This document shows, one piece after another, positions 12,295 to 22,916 of a stretch of DNA of 64,000 bases. The notes below the pieces were generated by a model. The model was not told the origin of the DNA. It ran no database searches and saw only the letters and a list, made by a program, of their open reading frames with translations. Position 1 is the first letter of the stretch, and the number at the start of each line of letters is the position of its first letter. A program made the position numbers and the translations under genes. The DNA is taken from positions 12,471,621-12,535,620 of the forward strand of contig CAJINV010000002.1 of NCBI GenBank assembly GCA_905178155.1. Reading direction: 5' to 3'. Origin of the DNA: Amoebophrya sp. A120 (taxonomy: Eukaryota; Protista; Dinoflagellata).

Positions 12295-13414
12295 CTGGAC
12301 AAAATCCGACGATTGCTTCCACCCACGTTATGAAGCAAATTTTTGCCATTTTTTTCCAACTTTTTCCAGTTACGAAGCGGCCCAAGGCTTCCGAACAGGT
12401 CGCGGACCTGCTGCTCCAACGCAGCTGCCCAGCGGGCGGAGCAAAAAACAGTCCGTCTCTTTTTCAGATATCAAGTGGGCCAAATCGCAAAAATGCTCTT
12501 TTTCCACCTTCTCCCGCTTGGTTTCTGCCGTTTTTGCGACATTTTTGCCCTCCTGGCCATTTTCCCATCTGGTCCGCTTTTTTTCCCTTCCCCCGCTTCA
12601 TTTCTGGCCATTTCCCTGACCTTCACGCCTCCCGGCGGTTGCCCTATATGGTAACGGCAACTGCCTTCGCGCTGCGTTTGCTAAGCAATATCGCAAGCGC
12701 GCAGAGCGCGCGCGCCGGCTTCGTGGGCCGGCGCGCGCTCTGCGCGCGCGCGCGCACGCATTTGGTTACCAGATAATTTGAAACTTCAGCCGATGCAGGC
12801 GTCGATGGCTGCAGATGTTGAAGACACCACAGATTAGTAGGAATCTGCTACGGGTAATAGCGGGCAGTAGATACAAATGCGACTCAGAGTGAGTGATAGT
12901 GCGCAAATATGCTGCTAAAGCAGGTGGCTATAATGTTGCCTTGCAATGGGTTTTTGGCGTTGACCTGCTTACAGTTGTCGTCAGCTTTCTGTGGACAACG
13001 CGCTTAGTCTTCGGAACACTGTCCGTACCTGTGACTGAACAAGATCGGAATAAACCTCCCGTGCTTGAAGTTCGAATCTGTGAGTGGAGGCCCGCTGCAG
13101 CGCGCTTCAGCTTCTTCATCCATTCTACATCCTCAGCGTCGTCATTTTGCTGAAGATGCCTTCTGCCTTCGACAAATGGATTGTGTACACGAAGGTACAT
13201 GTGAAGTCTTTCCCCTTCTCGTTGTTCAATGACACTACATAAAATACCCAGTAGCAATTCGCTCTTACCGTCGAAATTACAGGCGACAAGAGCCGGTACA
13301 CATACTTACAACACCGGAGGAGAAAGCGAATAAAGCACTAGCCTTTGTTGCAGCGATTCGCGCACGTACCCTCGATCCAGCGTGTTGATTTCTTGCTGTG
13401 CACCACAACACACA

Positions 13415-14499
13415 CTATTCCCTGTGCGTGGCGACTTTCTGATCATAGTTGACGCCCTGCTTGTAACTCTTGTTCACTCGAGAAAAATAGAACTTCTTCT
13501 CGCGCTCGCGGCCCTCCCGGGGCCAGATAATCATCACATACATCTGAACCATGCCGTAGGACAGGATGAGCAGCTGCCACCCCGTCCACCGTCCGAACAT
13601 ACTGATTTTGTTGTTCCCGAACACAAGCGGGATCCACGCAAACCACTTCATCTCCGCCCAGGGCTTGATTGCCAGCAAAAACCGTGCTCCCGGAGAGGTC
13701 ACGTCACCACCGGACCGACCGTAGAAACCACTGACGGGTAGTTCATGGGATGCTTCATTTCATTCTTGTTTTTCTCTACAAGTCAGAGAGCAGCCTGCGT
13801 GTCGAGCGTTGTGTTCATAAGGTTTTGTAAATCTAATTTACTTTGGTCGACTACAGCATGAATTTTGCCCTTCCTTCTATTCATTTCTGCCGAAAAACTA
13901 TCTGCAATACGCAAGAATATTTATCATTAAAAAATTTTGCGTACGTGACGTCCGCACTGTATCGGCAATCGTGCGGGAGTGCGTGGGTGGGACAATACTC
14001 GCGGGTGTTGTCCATAAACTCGCAGCGCTCCTCCGCGCTCATCCACCAGAAGGGGTCTTGCTTTCCCTCCGCCTCGAGCTGCTTGCGCCACTGCTCCAGG
14101 TTCGGTGCGGTCTCGTCGATGGGGACACCCTGGGGCATGACGTGGTTGTCCAAAATTTGAAACGTTTCCGGCCGGTTGTGAATGTGGGTGCGATCGAAAT
14201 AGTTGTTGTAGTAGTCGGTGTAGTTGCTCTCCCCCATATCTGAAATGCAATCGGTAGCGCAAAGCAAAAGTCGCAGTGAGCGTTCTTATTTCCACCTTTC
14301 AATCTTATTCGTACATGGATCGATCCCCAAGATCATGAACGTGAACTGCGCTAAGGGCAGGAGTAGAAACACACAAAAACAAAATGGAATTCGACTTACA
14401 TCTGCCCAAATTCGCCATGATCCCGGTGTTGCGGACTTGCTGAGTCTGCGCGTGCCCACAGGCACGCCTGGCTAGTACGCGTCCGTGTGCGGCCAACAT
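13415..14499 (-). CDS. Putative mitochondrion-targeted membrane protein (multi-exon), function unknown
   Basis: Arg/Ala-rich N-terminus MLAAHGRVLARRACG; exons can be joined by GT-AG introns (SQFTFMILGIDP mini-exon, MGESNYTDYY..., ...WQLLILSYGMVQMYVMIIWP hydrophobic segment). Confidence 0.6.
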
Positions 14500-15066
14500 C
14501 CTCGTCGATCAGTGACGCGTAGTCGAGTGCACTCGCCCTGTCGGCCTCCGATCGGCGCTAACGGGCTCTCAAAGCAGCATTAGATTATATCGGCACCTAC
14601 CTCAGGGGTTCCTGGGCAGATGGGAAAAACAACTATCCGTTTGCTTTCTTGTGTGTCTGGGTGTACCAGGAGGAAAAACTCTCCTTCGGAAAAAACGCTG
14701 GCGAAGCCCCCTGTCCCAGCTCCTGACAGCCTTACACCTAGCCGGCATAAATAAGTAGTATCCCTCATTTTCCACTCCTTGCGCCCGTAGTTGCGCATCT
14801 TCCATCTAATCGTAATCTCGCTCGATGCTAAGCTGCAGCAAAAAAGTCTGCGGCAGGATTCTGATGCTGCAAAATACATCTCTCACGAAGGACTCGACCT
14901 GCTAGAATCATTCTGGTTGTTCGGCGCGTATGCACCAGATTGAGAAGAAGTTGAACTCCTAGACATCATCATAGACGCTCGCGCCATGAATTCCAACTTA
15001 GAAGTGGGAAACGATTTTGGATTTTCACAACCACAATGACCTGACATGCTTTCACAAAAAACTGCC

Positions 15067-18000
15067 TCACGCAGCCGCCCGGATCCAATTTTGCAGTTTC
15101 TCAAAGAGCTCCGCACGGACGCGTTTTCGGAATGTGATCAACTGCTCGTACACACAATTACACCGCTTTTTGTCCTCGAAGTGCAGCACGAGCAATCGCG
15201 TTGCACTCCCCGGCTTCTTTTCCGCGGTAGCGCCAGAAGACAATCCGCAGCGGATTTGGAGCGTCAGCACCCTAGATTCCGTGCGTGACTGCACGTCCAC
15301 GTCCCGAATGGGGACGCTTTCGGAGACCACGGCAAAATTTGCCCGAGCCAGGTCTGGCTGGACGAGAAGGAAAACTCTCGGGTGGATGACAAAGTACCTC
15401 GTCACCTTACGTTTGCTCGGCGTCACAATGGTGCACACGATCCGGTCCCGTTTGCCGAGCTCGAAGCTCTTCCCGACAGCGAACGCCTTCGCGAACGAAG
15501 CTTCCTCATCGTGCTGAAGCAGTGGGTGTGGCAGGATGGCCCCGGCGGGGTGCTGCTGATAAAAAGCACTTGTTCCGTTATTCTTGTTTCTCCCGAGCCT
15601 GTTGCGGAGGTCGTAGCAGGCAAGAAAAACCTCGAAAAACGTGCGCGCAGAAGATTCCAAGTTGCAAATCATCCGGCTGTTGGAGCCGGACGAGGAAGCG
15701 GAGACCGTCGAGGTAGTACCAGGTGGCGCGCGCAGAGAGAAAAGTAGCTCCTCGGTACTGCCGCTCGCTTGCAGCAAGTGCCGCTGTTGCGAAGGCAGCA
15801 GGGTGGTTCCGCCACTGGTACGGTGCCTTGCTTCCCACGCCTCGGTGAAGGCATCCAACGCGTCGTCGGGGTCGAAATTTGTGTGCATTCGCTTCAGCGC
15901 CGGAAGCATCTCGTCAGACAGATGGGCGCCGACTGCGTCTCGCCCGGACGGGCCCTGATCAGCGACCTGCTGAAGCATTGCGAGGCGCCACTTGTGGTAG
16001 AGCGGAAAGTGAGCGGTCAACACAGTTTTCGCAAGCGCACTCACCATCTTCGGAAGCACACTGGAGGATGTTGACGCAACACTAGACGATGAGGCGGAAT
16101 TATCTCGCTCAAGTGCGACAGCGGTTTCTTCGTATTTCCAAAGAATCGAGAAGTACAACAGCTGTCCCATCAGATTTCTGGCGCAAGTAGCGTGGAAGGC
16201 TTCCCTATTGGGCTGCTGCTCCTTGGGTATCATCGTGTCGTGCTGGCTCCTGCTGTTTTGATTCACCCTGCTTTCTATCTCGTGACCAAAAGCAGCTACG
16301 GTTTTAACTTGGCTGGCAGCCTGGTCAGACGACAAGTAGTTGTTCAGGAACTCAGCCGCGTTTATTGGTGTGCGAGGCGCGTCGCTGGATGGCGTTGGCG
16401 GGAGTGGCACGACAAGGTCGCTTTCTGTGCAGGACCAGCATTGACGCAAAAACCGTGCCCGAAATGGGTTTGACTCCTGGTCCGAAAAGGATTGCTGCTC
16501 TGTCGTTACAACGCCGGATGGAGTTCTTGGCACGGCAAGTGCCTGCGCAGGAGAGTCAAAATATTCCAAAAATGATTCTCGCAACATCGCCTTCGACGCG
16601 GTGGTGCTAGAAGCTAGTACCGATCCGAACGTAACCTCTTGATCTACAGGGTTAACGCTCGCGCCTGCGATATTTCCGTCATCGTCGCTGCCACTTGGTT
16701 GCAAGGAGGCATGGTCCTCGTCGGTGCCGGAAGAACTAGCCTTGCTTCCCGCTTTGCTGGTAAGAAGGGTGTGCTCGTCCACAAAGGGCAATAGGGTCAG
16801 GTCCACGAATGCCGCGTCCTCACACAGCTCCTCCAGCTGTCGCGACGACGCATCCTGCTCTTGTTCCCGCACGCCTCGTGTTCTTCGCGCAGAAGAGCTT
16901 GCAGACGAAGAGCTTTTCGTCTGCGCCAGTGTCTTTTTCAGAACCCTTCCCTGGAACCTGCGAAGTCCGAGTTCTTGCGCCAGAACGAAGGCCTTCGGAA
17001 GCCGTTGTCGCAGCACCGTGTCAAATGCAGGCTTCGTTATCAAGGCATAGCCAGACAAGGTAGGCGGTTTAACGGTACTTTTGCTGCTCTGAGCATTTTT
17101 CTTCACCTCAACTGCCGCGCCGTCACTGGGTGGGAACTCTTGCCAAAGCCGGTTCAGTATCCTGTGCAAAAGTATCGTACTCGTATTGCAATCATGCATT
17201 ACAAATCCTTTTGTTGAGGTAAATCCGCATTACAAATTTTATTTCTCATGTCGAGGAAATTTGTAATGCATTTATACGAGTACGATACTTTTGCAGTTCA
17301 TATTCAGTACCCAGCAGCCAACTTCCGGGAGAAAGGGCGTGTCGTCCTCCGCGGGTGAGAGGTTGATGACGGGCAAGCTGTGGCCTTTTTCCGCGCTTCG
17401 CGTCCGCCGCTTCGTTCCCGAGCTGGCGCCAGCAGCGGCGCTGCGCGGATGATTCGTGCTCGAGCTACTCGTTGCCGCACCAGCTGCTCCGCCTTTGGCA
17501 TTTCTGCCCGGTGGGTTGAAAGCTGGAATCGATGACGCGGACGAAGGCTCGGGCGTAGAGGTGGCGGTCGTAGTGGACATGCGATCGACAGCCGACGCAG
17601 GCGTCATCGTAGGCGTTGTCGCGCCGTAGTCTGAGTTTGCTGTGGCTCCGGACGTCGAAGGTATCCACGTGCCCGCATTCAAGTCGCCAAATTCCACATT
17701 CGCAAGGGTATTCTTTCCCCCCATAGGCGAATTATTCGTTGAGCTCATGTGCGTCGTGCTGTCCGCGTTGCTATCCGCGGCGCTCATCGGACTTTCCGGT
17801 GGGTGATGGTTATCGTTGCCGTTGCTGCTCGGGTCCGCAAAGTAGTTTGCGACCGCGGCTGACGAGCTCGCGGACCGAGGCATGGCTCGCGCCGTGGTTG
17901 CTGTTGAGCCACTGCTGGATAAAATCTGCAACTCCATTTGCTCCCCATAATTGTTTCCTCCGTTATAATTTACCGACGACTTCCCGAAAGCTCTCTCCAG

Positions 18001-19017
18001 AAGCAACGGGAAGAAGCAGTGCTGCAGCAAGTTCGCGGCCAGGACCTTTGACAGCTGTTCGAAGTCGCAGGAAAACACATCGCGCACGTACCCGAAACAG
18101 TCCTCCACATTGTCCAGCAATTGCGAGATCTTCGCTTTCGCGATACCGTCCCGGACGTTCGACATCACCTGCTCGTTCAGGTCGAGAAACAGATTTCGAA
18201 AGTAGCAGGCGAAGTAGATGAAGTACAGCCGCGAATTCCGGTTCTTCAGAAGAAACTGCTGCAGCGCAGTATCCTTCGCGTGCTTGAAAATCGCTAGCGT
18301 TAGGGTCCGCACTGCCGTTTGGACCATCGGATCGGAGTGGGCGAAAAACCGAACAGCCTCCGTGTACAGCGGAAAGGACCCCGTAGGGACCAGGCTTACA
18401 TTCGGGCTCATTTGATAAGGACTTGATGTAGTAACGCCCGGACTGCTGGCGCTACTCCCACCCGCACCCCCCGTGGTGGAGAAGAAAAACTTGATGGTTT
18501 CGCGGTTCAGTTTCAGCGTCAAGGTTTTCAAAAAGGAAATGTAGTAGGCGAGAATTTCCTCGTCCAGCCAATTCATGGGGGTGCGAATCAGCTGGTTCAC
18601 GTGGTTGTTCGAAAACAGGTAGTAGAGGTTCGTGTCTTCTTGCATGTTGGATACCAGAATGGAGAGCGTTTGCAGAATCTGAATCTTGATTTTCGACGGG
18701 ACTTGCGGCAGCCCGAGGAGCGCGACGAAATCTTTCAACAGGTTCTTCTCGCAAAAGTAGTCGAAAAACGTGGAGTCCTTCTTTTTCTCGCCGTAGATGA
18801 GCATCTCGGTCATTTTGCGAATGCATTCCTCCACAATCAATTGCTCATGCATCGACGTGAAGTCGTGCTCCGGTGTTGGTCCCTGCGTCGCGTTGCTGAT
18901 GGACAGTTTCAGCCTTTGGTAGAGTTGCTGGAACTCGTGCAGGTGAAAGGAGGGCGCGGCCTGCTGCTGCGTCGGGCTCCCGCCACGCCCGAAGATCAGG
19001 CCCGTGATGAAGCTCAT
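15067..19017 (-). CDS. CLEC16A: CLEC16A/TT9/GOP-1 family protein (FPL domain), interrupted by a 145-bp TIR element
   Basis: FDYFCEKN, QILQTLSIL, YYLFSNNHVN, EEILAYYISFLKTL and FPLYTEA motifs. Two same-frame ORFs join by removing 150 nt (CWVLNRLWQ). Confidence 0.88.
17158..17302. mobile_element. Introner/MITE-like element, family C (145 bp foldback), in a CLEC16A exon
   Basis: Termini TATCCTGTGCAAAAGTATC and TATGAACTGCAAAAGTATC (rc); perfect 22-bp IR 17165-17186 / 17274-17295; inner 13-bp IR 17194-17206 / 17259-17271; TSD TTCAG at 17153-17157 and 17303-17307. Confidence 0.88.
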
Positions 19018-19876
19018 CGTGTGCGGAGGATCCGATCGCGGTGGTCAAGCACAAACTGTAGAGAGAATTCTCATGATTTTATTGTCAATTGCTTGGATGC
19101 TGCACAGCTGCTCTCAAGAGGGTAGTGCGTTTTCTTGTGACTCATTTGCCGCTGTCTCCACACCCTATTGTCCATTCCTTCGATAGGATATTTTTGAACA
19201 TGGTGAAAGATGCTCCTCAAAACAAATAAGCCGAGAAACACAATCACGAACAGAGTCAGAGACAGAGACAGAAACTCGGTCACTCAAGCTAGCAGTACAA
19301 ACGTGAAACATGCGAACTGCCTGCGTGAACGTACGGACCATGTTGACGCACACACCGTGGGTCAAAAGTAACTGTAAGCCTCAATGAACATCTAACATGA
19401 TGCTCTTGCGCTCGAAAGACCGTCGACAGTACGTTCTGTGTCCTTGCTTTGGGTTTCTTACTTTGTCGTAAAAAAAATTGTTGTTCGTGCTGATGGGATC
19501 ATTCATCTCATGCTTGTCCGGATTCGTTTTGGTGACCAAAAAATCATACAAAGAAAGCCACAGCTCGCTCCACCTGGCTAATCAGGGGCGTGCTTTCGGA
19601 AACTGTCAGTATGAAGTACGTCATTTCAAAATTCATCTTTACATTTAATAATCACTTGTGCCAAAAAGCAATGGGCTGCCACGAAACAAAAAATTTTTGG
19701 CAGCACTCACCGGGGCAGACCACAAGGGAATGTGAAGGTGGGGATGTCGCCAATCAATGCAGCATGTCTTTTCTTACAGATGTGTACTTCATCCCTGATT
19801 AAAAATAAATGCTTTCTTCGTTTAGGTGGATAGATACTCCACGTCCTCTCCGAGTCTGATGCAGATGATACCCATT

Positions 19877-20416
19877 CTATCGAATCAAATTCACGTGGAT
19901 GCTAACGCAAGAATAGGTGCGTTCCTGCTCCTTCCGTAGCCGGCAGCAGTACCAAACGACGACCGTTACTATAGTCGCAGCTAGAACCAATCCGCCGATG
20001 AGCAGGACCCACATCCACGCGTTCCAATGCTGAAATCCACCTTGGCCTTCTCCATTCTCTGGTGGTTCCGGATCAGGATCTCTCTCACTGTTATCGCCTT
20101 TCGGTTGCGGTGGGCCATCGCCACCGATCACGGAGCCCGTCGTTGTTGGCGTTATTGTCGCGTTGGCAGCTCTGTTCAAAATTTCATGTCTGCTTGGTGG
20201 GCGCACTTGTCCCTGCTGCAGTGTCTGCTGTGTTCTACTTCCTTTGTGAAGCGCGAGTGCATCCAATTCTGGTTGTTCGCGGGTCGCTGCTGCATCATCC
20301 CCCTGTACGTCGGAAACAGACCGTAAGGTTATCGTGCGGGCTTTCGCTACTCCAGGTGACAGATGAAGCAAACAAAAAAACATCACCCAATGGAAAACAG
20401 CTTTGCGAGCGCTCAT
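19877..20416 (-). CDS. Hypothetical type I membrane protein (signal peptide plus one TM helix)
   Basis: Hydrophobic N-terminus, then WMWVLLIGGLVLAATIVTVVVWYCC followed by basic residues; the 3' end may be spliced. Confidence 0.6.
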   Translation of the reverse strand: MSARKAVFHWVMFFCLLHLSPGVAKARTITLRSVSDVQGDDAAATREQPELDALALHKGSRTQQTLQQGQVRPPSRHEILNRAANATITPTTTGSVIGGDGPPQPKGDNSERDPDPEPPENGEGQGGFQHWNAWMWVLLIGGLVLAATIVTVVVWYCCRLRKEQERTYSCVSIHVNLIR

Positions 20417-20985
20417 GGTTGTGGTACAACAAGATTGAACTTTCGAGAAAAACTTCTTATCGTTATCCTACAAGTGGCATATACTGGTACTGTACTTATA
20501 CATGGAAACACTCTTCATCTTCAAAATCATGTGGATGAAGCTCAATGGCCGCGCCTGTTGATGTTATTGAAAATCGCGGGATCACAGGTTTCCACACTAC
20601 ACAGTCAGGTGCAGTTATAATATCAAGTTATCGTATTGGTGGCACCGAAAAACGGCATTATAGTGCTTGGATGTGAGCGCGGTCATTTCAGAAAAGATTC
20701 AGCCAGTTCCACACCGATGGTCTAAAACTAGCCATTAAGTTGTCCTGGAGCAAAGATATAGCAAGCATTTTTTCCGTGAGATCTGTACATTTGCTATGTA
20801 AGTAATGTTGATTTCTTGCTTGAGCTTGAGGAATTTCGAGTTGGCTTTCTGAATCGATAATTTTGAAATGGTGCCGGCAGAGAAGTATCGGCACCACATT
20901 GTCGCTACAGGACTGTGGTCTAAGTACAACAGATTACTCTGCTTGCCGTACTGCTTCTTTGTCTCTTTCTAGTACAAGCTCGCAC

Positions 20986-22280
20986 CTAAAAATCCGTTGG
21001 CGGCACCACTCGCTTTCCCGAAATCCCCAGGTTGGCCCCCTGTTCCGCTTTCTCGTGCGCAACAACGTCGAACTTGAAGGTCTCGCGCGTCATCATCGCG
21101 AACCCGGACCGCGTGTCCTCGGAGAGCTTCTGCCACATGCCATTTTTCTGCCGCAACACCCGCACCCGGTAAAGCAGGCGATACAAGATCGCGTAGAAAA
21201 AGAGCACCAGGAGAATCCCTCCCGCAATTCGATCCAGCATCTCAGCCTGATCCTTGTCGAAAAACACCACCGTCCGCAGCAGCTTTTGGAGTTCCTCGCT
21301 CAGATGGGATGTGCCTTGCATCTGAGGCGCGTTTTCGTCAAGTAAAACGGTCCCCATAGACCGCTTGCAACGCCGTCGCGGCGTTGCAAGCGGTCTATGA
21401 TCTTCTGCACTGAGACTTTTCCGCCTTTCTTCCCGATGTTGTGCGGACTTTCCCTTGCTTTGTTTTCATCACTGTCCGCTCCGGCATCGCGGGCCCTACT
21501 GCTTTTATCATCTTCACCACCCCCGAACATCGGAGAATCCGTCGAAAGCGTGTAGGTAATGTCTTTGGTACCCTCCAGACGCCGCTCGCCACCGGCGACG
21601 ACGGCGATGTTGACCCGCGTCCCGTCAAAGGGAAAGGCTTTGAATCGTTCCAAGTCCTCGCTTAGATCGCGCTCTACCAACACGGGAACCAGCATTTGCA
21701 GCTTCCCCTCCGTCCGCTCCTTCAGTGCGAACGTGGGCTGAATTTCATAGGTCGCGGCACCGCCAAGCGTGACCGAATTCAGATGCTCCAAGAACTCCGG
21801 GCGCCAGATGTCCGCGGGGATGTCTTTTTCCTGTGGATAGCCCTCGAGGCGATGGTCCGTCCAGAAAAGAATCAGGCGAAGGTCGAAGAGCAGCATTTCC
21901 TTGCCATCCTTCACCTCTACCTGAAACCGCATCGGTTGCATCAAGAACTCGATCACCGTTGGCACCGGGCTGCCGTCTTGGTCAAGTAGTATGGGCCGCT
22001 GGGTCCAGTCAATGTCGCGGAAGTGGGGCGGTAACTCGGTAGATACAGTGGACGTCCGCCGGAGAAAGCTATTTCGGGACTTCCGCTCCGTTGCGGTTCC
22101 GCCTGAAACGCTCGCGCTAGAGGCTCCTCCTCCGGTGCCGGTGTAGTGCTTCTCGTTATTTTTGTCCTGCTCGTCGTACAGGCCGACGTTCGAAACAGAG
22201 TCCCGCGCGTCCACCTCAATCTCCGGCTCTCCCTGCTCGGGGGAAACCTTGTTCGCCAGCTTGTCGTCTTTGGCTGGCAT
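20986..22280 (-). CDS. Cys-loop (pentameric ligand-gated) ion channel-like gene, apparently lacking TM1-TM3; possible pseudogene or collapsed assembly
   Basis: Ligand-binding-domain motifs FWTDHRL, IWRPE and AFPFD in ORF 21300-22280; TM4-like MLDRIAGGILLVLFF in frameshifted ORF 20986-21357; a palindrome lies at the junction. Confidence 0.6.
21355..21399. repeat. Perfect 21-bp inverted repeat with 3-nt loop
   Basis: CATAGACCGCTTGCAACGCCG-TCG-CGGCGTTGCAAGCGGTCTATG. Confidence 0.95.
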
Positions 22281-22916
22281 GGCTTTTGACTCTCGAGTGA
22301 TCTTGTCAATGAAACAGAGAAAGTCTGCACTACTCTACTGGTGCAGTTTACTCAACATTACACTAGTCTTACGATGTTCCGTGTGTTTGTGACGAAACAT
22401 CTATTGTCGTAGTGGGTAATCGTTCACTTGCAAGCATCCTTCATGTTCAGTGTCCAATTGCGGGAACTATATCTGAAAAAATATACAACCGACCTGGAGC
22501 TACCGACCACACCGACCGCCGATCGCTTACCCGTACGACAGGAGAATCTATCAGACAGCTTGACGACAAGATTAGAAGCCCCGACCAAGAAGAAATTGAT
22601 TCTGACCCTAGCCCGCATACCCCTGTTCCCGGCGTGGCTAACCAGTTGTGGCCGCAATCACGATTTGCAACTATTCTCACCAAACCCTGTCTTGCAGCAA
22701 GGTGAACACGCTATGTTAGGAGCACAGCAGAAAGAAGCCTGTTGCTCCAGCGAGCAAGCATCAATGCGAAGGCAGCGCAAATGGGACTGTAATTTAGGAT
22801 TTGCTGCTGTGCGACAAAATGAAGGGGGGTAGTAAGAAAGTACTTTGTTCGCGTCAAATGATTAAAATTCAAATTTTTGGTTTACTTTGCGTGTACGTAT
22901 GCATGTATAAAAACCG

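Larger units (their letters stand above)
11343..12771. mobile_element. Non-autonomous TIR element (about 1.43 kb) with internal tandem repeats
   Basis: Perfect 21-bp TIR TGGTAACCAAATGCGTGCGCG (11343-11363 / 12751-12771); flanks GATAT / GATAA (imperfect 5-bp TSD); GC-rich subterminal hairpins; no credible ORF. Confidence 0.8.

Noticed and set aside
11241-12776. ORFs within the 1.4-kb element as a transposase
   Set aside because: Short, repeat-derived translations with no DDE, HUH or RT motifs.
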